NCBI GenBank assembly: GCA_028534125.1
Contig: CM052816.1
Coordinates: forward strand, 32,862,001-32,926,000
Source of the DNA: Lama glama
Lineage: Eukaryota
Direction: 5' to 3'
Length of the DNA stretch: 64,000 nucleotides
Below, piece by piece: positions 25,501 through 37,500 of this stretch (positions within the stretch are counted from its first letter, which is position 1; each line of letters begins with the position of its first letter). The position numbers were made by a program, and so were the translations under genes. Under the pieces are notes generated by a model. That model was given only the letters and a program-made list of their open reading frames with translations, was not told the origin of the DNA and made no database searches.

Positions 25501-28500
25501 ACTGTGAATTGGAGGAAGGTAAGACTGGCAACCTAGTTAAGTTGCTATTTCATTAATGTATGAGAGAAAAATGGAATAGAAGTGATAGAAGTGAATAGGT
25601 TAAATTTGAGTGATATTTAGGAGGTAATGTTATAACTTGGATATCTGAGGAAAAGTGGAAGAAATCAAAGATGGCACCCAGGTTTCTGATTTGAGCAGCT
25701 GAGTGGATGGGTGTGCCATTCATTCCATTTGTAGAAAAATAAAGGAGAAGAAATTTGGTGGGGGAGTGATGGGTTCAGTTATGGACATAATGGTTTATGG
25801 TACCTGTGGGATATTGGAAGTGGTGAGACTGTGTAAAAGTTAATGAGTTCTTGAGCCACATTGCTGGCGTTCTTATCCCATCTGCCATTTGCCAGTGACC
25901 TTGGGCAAATTGTGGGGCTTTTCTGTGCCTCTTTTCTCTTTTGTAAATTGTGCATTGCAGTCTTGTGATTTTTCTTCAGTAAGCAATTGGCAATATGGGT
26001 ATAGAACCCATTTGTTTATGGGTTGAGATTTTGCTAGGGAGCTATATTCAGAGAACAGTGGGACAAGGGAATTTGGGATATTGCTAAGACATTGATTAAA
26101 GTGATTTGACCACACATATTGTTTAGGGAAGAAGACAAAAGCAGGAGGGTGGTCATATGGAGAAAGGAAAACTGTAAAAAAAAAAAAAAAATTTGGTGTA
26201 GAGTAACAGCATAATGTGAGTAATTAAAAGAATGCTATAGAAAATTATGGTCATGATGTTTTATTCTAATCAAACTGTTCTCACAATTGTAGTGATGGCA
26301 AGGTCCAGAATGTTGCCCTGGGAGTTGGTCTCAGAGGTGGGAATGGTTGTGAAGGACAAGGGACACATGAAACTGAGGCTAGAACTTGAGATGAGTTGTC
26401 CAAGGGGAAATTGATACCATCTTGGTAACAGAAGGATTTTGGATGGAAATTACTGTCTAAATGTTTATTTATAACTACAGTAGATCTGACATGTTTTTGC
26501 AAACATGTCAGAATAAAAAAGTATTTTTTAAAAAATCACTGAATTGTTAAAAAAAAGATGTATATAATACAAGTAGATATATGTACTTAAAACTTCTTAC
26601 ATTCTTTATGTAGTCATTGTCACCTTCTGTCTTTCTCTTAGAGCTACTGTGTAAGGCCCAGTAACCTAGACTTAAGACACAAAATAATTTGATTTGGGTG
26701 GTTAAGAAAATCCGTAATGAAGTAAGAATCTTAGTGAAAATTAGAAAGATAATTAATATGACTCAGTGCGTATTCTAGGTTTTTTTAATTAAATACATTG
26801 TCTCATTAAATAAAAATGGTATTAAAAATTTCCACTCCCATATTTGAACTGCATTATTTTATGTACTGTTGAGTATGGAGGAGGATTGAAGAGTTGTCAG
26901 TAGAGAAATTGATGTCATGTTGGATTGGATTCTGTTACTTGCTGATTGTGTAGACTTGAGCAAGTACTTCGCAGGTTCTTTTCAATATTAATTCCAAGTG
27001 TGTCTTGAACTGTAGTTGGTTGGTTCATCAACCCACTTATTTTGTGGTAATTTTGGGGTAGGAAAAAAGTGGATAAATGAAGAGTGTCAATAATTTCCAA
27101 GGTTTTAGCAGTTAATTCAATTTATCTTGTGAAACCTTTTTAAAGAAGTTGTTTAATAGGTAGAAAAATGAGGTAACAGTTCATTATAGAGACATAGATA
27201 CACTTTAAAATTGTTAGGAACATTGTAGGGAGAAGGAAGAGAAAGAAAAAACTGGTTAAGTGTTTTCTCTGAATTATTGGAAGTTATCTCTGTTTCTGGT
27301 ATTTTTTAATGTTTTTCTCTATGGTTAAATTTTTAGTGGAAAAATATCCATTTATTTCATATTTATACCTAGAGTCAAAATAATTGATGGTGACTTTAAA
27401 ACACACAAGGGATTTTACTAAACATATCAAGCCAGACTTCACTGGGAAATAACTTTCAAAATCTTAGCAAGCTGGTGTGTAGAACCATAGGGCTTCATGG
27501 AATGGTTAATGTTACATCGAAACTTTTATTTTTTTTCCCCCCTCTCCAAATAAAGGGATGAAATAATTATATTGAGATGAACCTAATACTTGTCTTTTAA
27601 TTACAGTGTTGTCATAGATGGTTGACTTTTTTGAGCTCTGTGAGAACCTCTTTAGTTCTTATTACAACTATAAAAGCAAAACAAATTTTTAAACACAAAA
27701 CTATAGAACTCATACAATTTTCAAAAAATGAATTTAATGTGATTTTTTAATGTGATATTTTTGTTTAAACCAAACCATTGATCGCGATGTGAATATAATG
27801 CTGACTTCTTCGAGGGTGTTCGGACGTACCTGCACTACCAGTTTGCACACCACTTTCCTTGGCTCTGTCTGTTACGAAATCTTCCTTTTTGTGTTACATT
27901 GGAATATTATTTGACCTTAATGCGCAATTTGCATGTTATGTTTCTTCTGTTTTTAGTAGCCCACAGCAATTAAAGTACCAGTAGCACCAGTATGGTCTCT
28001 AAAATTTAGTAGTGTAGTAGTTTTTATATGTGATCATCCAAAAGGTTGAAAATATGCTCTTATTACATGTTTTTTAGATTAAGATAAAAATGAAACACAG
28101 AATATTTTAAGTTTTCATAAAAGACTTGGAGACCCTTAAGAATTTGTCCTCCGTTTGAGAAAAATTATCATGAATTATAATTTCCCCCACATTTCATAAT
28201 TAATGGTGTTATAATTATGAGGCGTTTGATAGCATAGACTATTGGAAACCTGAGCATAAACTTTACAGGTTTAGGTTTTATTTATTTTTAAAAATTTTTT
28301 TACCATGCCCAGTTTTGGGAAGGCGTGCCTAATTTCTTTTGAAACAGGCTATCCTTTCGTTAGTACCCAGGTATACCTTTCTTTATAGTCCTTAATAAAT
28401 ACTCATCTTAAAAATGTTTTTAATTGTAAAAGCAACACATGTACATGGTAAAGAAATTCACCAGTAGGGTGGTATACTTCATCCCTGGTTCCACTTCCCA

Positions 28501-31500
28501 GAGTTAGCCCCTTTTACTTGTCCTGATGGTTTTTGCCTCTTACCAATGTATGTGTACTGTGCATGTATTTCTTGCTATTGGTTTTAGTATCCGTTCAACT
28601 TATAACATGATAAATTTGACCCACTTCATGAGAAGTATTTGAAATGCTCACATGTTCCTGAGTTTGTGTTAACTTAGGGAACCAGACTGTGAGTATTCAA
28701 AACTTACTTGATTTGTGTCTAGGCTAAATGCAGAAGTTAGCAATGACTTGTTCAAAACAAATGTGAAAAAACAAAAACAAGAATAAGTGAGGTAAAGATA
28801 CAAGTAATTTCATAGAAAGTACACAATTGATTTAAGTAGGTCTCTGTGTATGAGTACTCAAGCTGTACTAAGGGAAAAAGTAGCTTCCTTAACACAAGAT
28901 ATACTCTTCAGTCATTGTCCGTTTTTGCTGCCTCAAGGTGAAGATGTGGAAAAAATTTTGGATGAATGGAAGGAATACAAAATGGGAGTGCCAACATATG
29001 GTGCAATTATTCTTGATGAGACACTTGAAAATGTGAGTGGGTGTAATAAAATAAAAGGTTTTTAGTGAAAGGATCATCAGCTGTTTTCATCCTGATAATA
29101 TGTGTTATTTCTATAATGTTCTGATCTGAGGTTTTAAAAATATATTTAGATTTTTAGTGATAAAAGGCCAGATTTTGCATATTTTGTCTGCATTCTGGGT
29201 CTTAATAATTTATACTTGTCGTAGTATGGCTTATTGCAAGGAAGTCACTTTGTTGTTGAACAAAAAATGTCAAAATGGGCAGAATGCCCTTAGTAGTAGT
29301 AGTATATTCAGCCTTCTGGAGGATACTTTATCAAGTACTACATAAAATTATTGGTGATGCCAGTTACCTGAAGTAAGGAGAAAAACATCTTTGGGAAAGG
29401 GAGGGCAAGTTATATTTTTACCTCTGATTGTTTTGTAGGTACTACTTGTTCAGGGGTATCTAGCAAAATCAGGCTGGGGATTTCCAAAAGGAAAAGTAAA
29501 TAAAGAAGAAGCTCCTCATGATTGTGCTGCTAGAGAGGTGAGTTGTTGCAGTTTGAAACAGTGATCTTTGGTGGTTATGCTTTGTGTGTGTTTTTTTAGC
29601 CATGGAGACTTGTTTGGATCATTTACTCCTCTTTAGCAATATCTTTTATAACTTATTTTGTCTGCATCTGTCATCTTCTTTTATTTGTTTCCATTTTCTT
29701 TCATTGTCCATTTTTTATTCTATGATTTCTTTAACTTTCTTTTCCTCATGATAACTTCTCCATCTTCCTTTTAGAATTGGATTTATTATTGGTTAAAACA
29801 TTTTGGCTGTTATAACTTGTTTTATGCTTACAGTCTTGGCTTCCAGACAAATGCACAATTTGGGCTTTTCTAAGAAATTAACATTTGTTGCTCAAAACCC
29901 ATTCTAGCTTTCCACTGCTTACAGGATGAAGTCTAATTCTTTAAGTATTGAAACAGCTTCCCCTACCCCCAACACAGAACTCAGCCATTCCTAAGTTTCT
30001 CTTTCTTTATTCTTAGTCAAAAGGAATTATTTGTTCCCTGAATTTGACTGCTTTGTTTCAGCCTCTAAGCTTTTGCTTCTATAATTTCCCTACTTGGGTA
30101 GTTCTCTCTCCTTCCGGCCTATTCAAATCCTATCTAGGTATCTTTCTAGACCAAGCTCAAATTATTCTTTTTCCTTGAAGGACTGCCACCAACTAGCTCT
30201 GTATACAGGACCTGAGTTTCTTATTTGTAAAATGATGAAGTTAATTCTTATTTAAAAATCTTATTTATTTAAAAATATAACCAGTCGGCTCTAGCCCACA
30301 GCAGTCTGAATTTCAATAGCAAATGCTGTCTTTGTCATTTGTTTGGCATAAATTACATAGTACCTTGTGATATATTGTATACTGTATTCTTACTTATCAG
30401 TTCCTAGTCATTTATTACATTATGCCTTGTCTTTGACATGTGAGAAGTTGAGCTGTAGGAGAGTATGATATAACGGAAAGAGGAGTGAAAAGATTTTTGT
30501 TCCAGTATAGTGTTAGTATATGTTGCTCAACAGCTTAGAGACTTTGGGTAACTCAACTTAGTCTCTGTAAGATATAAAATTGTTAAGAGTCACTCAAGTG
30601 CTCCATAACTAGAAGTGATATCTTTGTAATTAGTAATATCTTTAAGGTCTAAGCTGATAGTGATTGAATTTTAAGATGTTTTTGAGATGGCAGTAAAGAT
30701 TTTGTGGAATACTTTATTTGGATCTCTTGCCTAATTTTAATTTATTTTTTGACTCAATGTTTTCCTGAAGCAGTATTCACTGCCTGTTTTAAGTTTGGGT
30801 ATAATTATTAGTGAGGGAAAATGGTTAAAATTCTTATAAACCATTAGGGGTTATTTACTGTAGAAAAACTATTAGTGGTTATTTACTTTGGAGTAAGTTT
30901 TAAAAATGATTAAAAATGTTGCATTTTAAGTTGAGTATGGAACAGTTTAAGCAACTATTTGCAATGGCTTGTAGACAGAGCTTTCATACACAAGTAAGTG
31001 AAGGTTTATATTTACCCTTTAAAATTGAAAGCTATTTAGGGAGCAGGCGAGGAATTGTCACATCCTCTAAGAGCTTTCACTTTCTTCTCTGTAGATGGCA
31101 GGAGATGAAACGGAGTAGTTGTGAAGTCTTCCCTTTTATGTCTTCAAACTATGTTGTCCTCTTGCTTATAGGAAGGTCAAAATAGGAACCATAGCATCCT
31201 CAGCGTTCTCAGGAATTGATCTGTAAATCTTATACATGGAGTTAGACTAGTCCTACAGCAGTGAGATAGTTGGTCTAGGTTCAGAAAAGATACTACATTA
31301 ACTGGAATTTCAGAAATTTAGACTAAAATTGGAGATCAGCTGTCTCTGTAACTTGACCTTCTTTGAGGGAATCAAATACTTAACCTTGAAAAAACTGAAG
31401 AGGTGCCCTAGACCCAGGGGATGTACTTGCATGTACCCCTAGAACTCTCCATCTGATAAGTTTTATGTACTATATTGTAAAGAGTCAGGGTCATCAGAAA

Positions 31501-34500
31501 TAGTATATTTGGTGTAAAAGATGGAGAGGTAGTTAACCTGTAAACTGAGACAGTTTTTCACTTTGATTTATCTTGTTTGTTCTCTGCTCTGGAATATTAA
31601 GAGAAAAAAATTGTCCCATCTATATGGTGCTAATTTCATAGCAATTGTGGATCACCATGATTTGTAAGAAAGTAAATAAAATTTATTCTCAGGACATGGA
31701 GAGTGGGGGAATGGAGTGTAGATGTTTAGGATATAAGCAGTCTATAAGCAGTCAAGGAATATTTGTAAATGGGTGAATATTTCTAAACACAGATGAAAAC
31801 AGAAGGAATTGGTGATTTTTAAGACATAAGTCTATTTTCTAATAAAATTTACCTTTCTAATTTGGACCAGTATTAACTTTTTCCCCCTGTTTTGTTTTGC
31901 TCTGAGGAAAGCGCAGGCATACTTACGACCCACAATCCAGGGGGAAAAAATGTTCCCTTTGATAATAAGAATCTTAATGTCTGATCTAAATAATACCCTC
32001 TTTTAACTGATAAAAGAACTTGTCAGAAAAGACTTAACTTTAATATCTGTAAATTTTGGGGCTAGAATTTTTAAAGGCAAGTCTTTTGACTTTTATTCCT
32101 GAGTTGTAAATAAATCCTTTTGACATAAAGAGAAGAGTTTTGGGATTAAGGTAGAGCATTGCTGTGTTAGTCTATTCAGGCTCCCGTAACAAAATACCAC
32201 AGACTGGGTGGCTTAACCAGTAGAAATGTATTTCCCACTGTTCTGGAGGCTGGGAAGTCTAAGGTCGGGCTGTCTGCTGATTGGACTCCTGGTAAGGCCT
32301 CTCACCCTGGCGTGCAGCTGGCTGTCTTCTTTCTTTGTGCTCCTGCGGCCTTTCCTGGGTGTGAGTGCAGAGTGCACCAGTGCTGTCTCCTCTTACAAAG
32401 GCACCAGCCCTATTGATTTAGGGCCCGACCCATATGACCTCATTTAACCTTTATCATCACCTCATAGACCCTAACTCCTAATGCAGTCACATTAGGCATT
32501 TAGGCCTTCCACACATGAATTTTGGAGGAATCAGTCCATTGTATTTGCCATTTTTGAGTGATGAAACTATCCAACTAGCAGTCCTAGAGTTGCAGTATGT
32601 CCTTCTGCCACGTGGTGGTGCTGCAGTATAATAAAAGCAGCACTTTTTCAGGGAAGGGGAGAACCACCAGTGTGGTCTCAGTTGAAAATCAAATTACTGT
32701 TACATTTCTAGGAGTTTATGCTACTATCACATTGTTGCTTTTAATTTTCACTTATATCAACACATATGGAGAAGTTTTGTCCTAATTTTCTAGCCGCCAT
32801 TAGTTACAGCTAGGCTGATGTCTTAAGCACTTTTTCTGTTTTTAAGTTACACGCAGTTGTACCATGGGTGCTTAGTTTTATTTTTGGTTGCTTAATAACG
32901 TTTAAATTTGGTTATTTTTACATTGTAATTAAGTTTATTATAGTTATATGTTGTCATTTTACTATGTATGGCTGCCTAGAGGTGTTTCGTTACACTACAG
33001 CAGAATTTGACGCATCCTCTAAGGGCTGTGTGTGTGGACTTAGCTAAAAAAAAAGAAAAAAAAAACAGTGGCAGGCAGACTTCTCATGGCGAAGGTATGA
33101 ATAATTATCAGTAGAAAGCTAAGGGCCATCTCAATTAGAAATTTCCAGTCTTTTCTTTGACCTTTGTTCACCTTTGTTAATTGGGTTATTTCTGATCACA
33201 TTCAGTGAAGTAGATTTTGGACAGATGTGAAGAATGTTTTCTGGATGTTGTTGAAAGGTTGTGTTAGGATAACCTTAGAATATTTTTTTATCAGTTGTGA
33301 AACACCAGCTGTTCTTGAGAATAAGGAGAATACTTGGCAGTTGACCTGCAGTGTGGAAATTTCATATTGTTGCTTACTTGGCAAAACAACATTTTATTGT
33401 AGTGAAGCATTTATGTGATTTAATCTTCATAGAATTGGTATAGATGAGCTATCAGTTGGTTTATTTTACTTGTAGGCTTATAAGGTATGGATTTTAGGCA
33501 GATGATTTGTCTGTCTATGCTGGTGCTCTTTGGGTAGTACATTTTTTAATCTTACATAGAGATTTTTATCTGATTATTTGAGAAGTTAGTGTTATTCCAT
33601 GTGTCTGGAAAACCAACTATATTATATTACAGGAATGGATTTGATAGAAGGTGTGGTATTAAATTTTTTACCTTTCTTGTCTATAAATGTAAGTGAGCTA
33701 TTACATGTTTTTCCTGGTAAATATTTGAGAGTAAACACCTAATTTTAGAGGTAAACCAATATTTATCACTTTTAGAATCAAGAAATCTGTTACTTTTATT
33801 ATGTTTATTCTAAGTTTGGTTGTACAGAGTTTGAAGCTGGCGGTTTCAACACTAGTGGCCCTTTTCATTTGGCCTCACATTGTACCACTTCCTCCCACAC
33901 AATTCTTCAAGCGTCGCCATTCCCAGCTATCTGAATGAAGTGTCTTTTTCTTCTTGTCTTTCTGGCAAAATTCTATTCATCTTTGAAATCCTAGCTCAAG
34001 TGTGTCCAGCAGAATAGGATGCTGTCCATGACAGCCTTCTAAAGGTGACAACTTCACCTTACATCAAACTCACACCTCACCTGTACCCAGGGCTGAGTTA
34101 GGCACCCTGATTATGTACTCCTATAGCACCCGTCTAATTTATGGCACATAATCACATTGCAATTTTCTTTTCTTTTTTAGAAGAGCAGTGGTTTTTTTTC
34201 TTTATTCATTTCTAAAGTCAGTGCCTAGGACAGTACCTGTCACTTATTAGGCACATAGTAAAAGTCTGAATGAATGCACAAAAAATAAACATTAACTAGA
34301 CATGACTCTTTAAAAACTGCATTCATATTGAGATAATTTCAAGTATAGAGAAAATAGAATAATATAAAGAATAGATTCACCTATTCATATTTTGCCATAT
34401 TTGCTTTATTTTGATAGATATGGATTATGGTTTTTATTATTACTGTTAAATAATTCAGGAACAAATTGCAGACATAATGTTCCTTAACCCCTAAATACTT

Positions 34501-37500
34501 CTTCATGTAAATTTTAAGAACTGTAAGTTCTCTTAGTAATCACAGTATAATTATCACATTCAGGAATGTGAATTGGTAGGTGCTGTTATCTAATGGACAG
34601 TTCATACTCAGGTTTACTGATTGCTCCATTATGGTCCTTTTCATCAGTTTCTACTCCCCCATCCAGTATCCTGTCCAGATTCCTATACTGTATTTTGCAG
34701 TAATTACTGTGCCTTCAGTCTTTAATCGGAAACATTCCCGTAGTCCTTCAATACTTAATTAAGCATGTGTTCAGATAGATTCTGTTTGTAGCACAAAGGT
34801 AACAGGCTGTGCTCACAAGGAACTTAGATTATGCAATTTAAGTTTTACATGGTTTCTAATTATACAGACATACATGACTGGTAATGTATACTTATTTCTG
34901 ATTATAAGCTGTTCAAAGAAAGGAGCTAAAGGGAATAACTGTAAACATATAATTGACCATGTAGAAAAATTTTAATTTGTTTTGTTGGAGGACAGAAACA
35001 TAAAGTACACTAATTATAATGGGTTATTCATATATACATGTATATGTATATATATGTAAATGTATATAAATATCTGTTACACCCCGATCAATATAGAATA
35101 TTTCCAGTATCTTAGAAGATTCTTTTCTCTCCCTTCTTAATCAGTGCCTACTTTTTTCCACATTTCCTCAAGGGAACCACTGTTTTGACTTCTCTTGCCA
35201 TTGATTAGTGTTGCCTGTTCTTGAGCTGCATATAATTAGGATTTTGCAGTAGATATTCTTTGTCTTATATGCCTTTGGCTCAGTGTAATACCTGTTAGAG
35301 TCAATTAATAAGGCATATAATAGCTGTTGGTCCTTTTCTCTTTATTGCTCTTTGTAGTATTCCAGTATACAAATATGCCAAAATTCTTTATCCATTCTCT
35401 TATGCTTTGGATTGTATCCAGTTTTTGGTTATGAGTACAACTGTTGTAAATATTCTTGCACATGTACTTTGAGGTAAGTAAGCCTTCTTTTCTTTAGGAA
35501 TGGACTTACTGGAAGGTTGCATATTTGCTGCCAGTGGTTTTCCAGGTGGTTGACCAGTTTACATTCCCACCACCAGCATATGAGAGTTAAAGTTGTCTTG
35601 GCCTACACATGGAATTACCAATTTAAAAATTTTTATCCTGTGTTCATGGGTAGGGAAAATTAATATTGTTGAAATGTCATCACTGCCAAAAACCATCTCT
35701 AGATTCAGTGCAATTTTATCAAAATTCCAATGGCATTTTACCCAGTTTTTGGTTATGAGTACAACTGTTTAGAAAAACATGCTAAAATGGAACCACAAAA
35801 GACCCTAAATAGCCAAAGCAATCCTGAGAAAGAACGTGAGAGGCATCACACTTCCTGATTTAAATCTATGTTGTAAAGCTGTAGTGATCAAAACAGTATG
35901 GTACTGGCATAAAAACAGACAAATAGATTAAAGGAGCCGAATTGAGATCCCAGAAATAAACCCACACATATATGGTCAACTAATATCTGAAGAGGGAGCC
36001 AAGAAAACTCAGTGGAGGAAAAAGAATCTCTTCAATAAATGGTGCTGGGAAAATTGGAGAATCCCATGTAAAAGACTGAAACTAGGCCCCTCTCTTACAC
36101 CACTCATAAAAAAATTAGCTTGAAATGGATTAAAGACTTAAATGTAAGACCTGATGCCATAGAACTCCTAAAGAAAACGGGAACCAAAGCTCCTTGTCAT
36201 GAATCTTGGCAATGATTTTTTTGAATGATACCAAAAGCACAAGCACCAGTATAAGAAATAAGTGAAACTACATCAAACTGAAAGCTTCTGTGCAGCAACA
36301 GAAACAGTCAACGAAAGTGGAAGGACAATCTGTAGAATGGAAACAAATACTTACAAGCCATATATTTGATAAGGGGTTAATATATAAAATATATAAAGAA
36401 TTCAGTCAACTCAATGGGAAGTAGTTCGATTAAAAAATGAGCAAAAGGCCTAAGTATACATTTTTTCTAGAGAAGATAGAGAAATGACTAATAGGTACAT
36501 GAAAAGATGCTCAACATCACGGTTATTAGGCAAGTACAAATCAAAACCACAATGAGATACCACCGCACACCTGTTAGAATGGCCACCTTACAAAAAGACA
36601 GATGAATATGGAGTGAAGGGATCCTTTGTGCACTGCTGGTGGGTTTGTAAACTGGGATAGCCACTGTGGAAAACAGTATGGAGAATCCTCAAAAAAATTA
36701 AAAGTAGAACTACCATATGATCCAGCAGTTCTACTTCTGGGAATATATCCAAAGTAAACAAAAACACTAACTTGAAAAGGTATCTACATTTTTATTTTAA
36801 TTGAAGTACAGTCTGTTACAATTTATCAGTCTCTGGTGTACCGCACAATGTCCCAGTCATGCATATACATACATATATTTGTTCTCATATTCGTTTTCAT
36901 CAAAGGTTATTACAAGATATTGAACATAGTTTCTTGTGCTATACAGAAGAAACTTTTAAAATCTACTTTTATATATAGTGGCTAATATTTGTAAGTCTCT
37001 AACTCCCAAATTTATCCCTTCCCACCTCCTTTCTCTGGTAACCATAAGATTGTTTACTATGTCTATGAGTCTGTTTTTGCCTTGTTGGTATTTTGTTTTC
37101 CATCATATTGTCCTTTTTTTTTTTTAGATTCGACGTATGCATAATCTATGGTATTTTTCTTCTCTTTCTGGCTTAATTCACTTAGAATGACGATCTCTGG
37201 GTCCATCCATGTTGCTGCAAATGGCATTCTTTTATTATTTTTTATGGCTGAGTAGTATTCCATTGTATACATATACCACAGCTTCTTTATCCAGTCATGT
37301 GTCGATGGACATTTAGGTTGGTTCCATGTCTTGGCTATTGTAAATAGTGCTGCTGTGAACACTGGGGTGCATGTATCTTTTCACATTAGAGTTCCCTCTG
37401 GATATATGCCCAGGAGTGGGATTGCTGGATTATATGGTAAGTGTTTTTAGTTTTTTTGAGGAGTTTTCTTGATGGCTGTACCAAACTACATTCCCACCAG

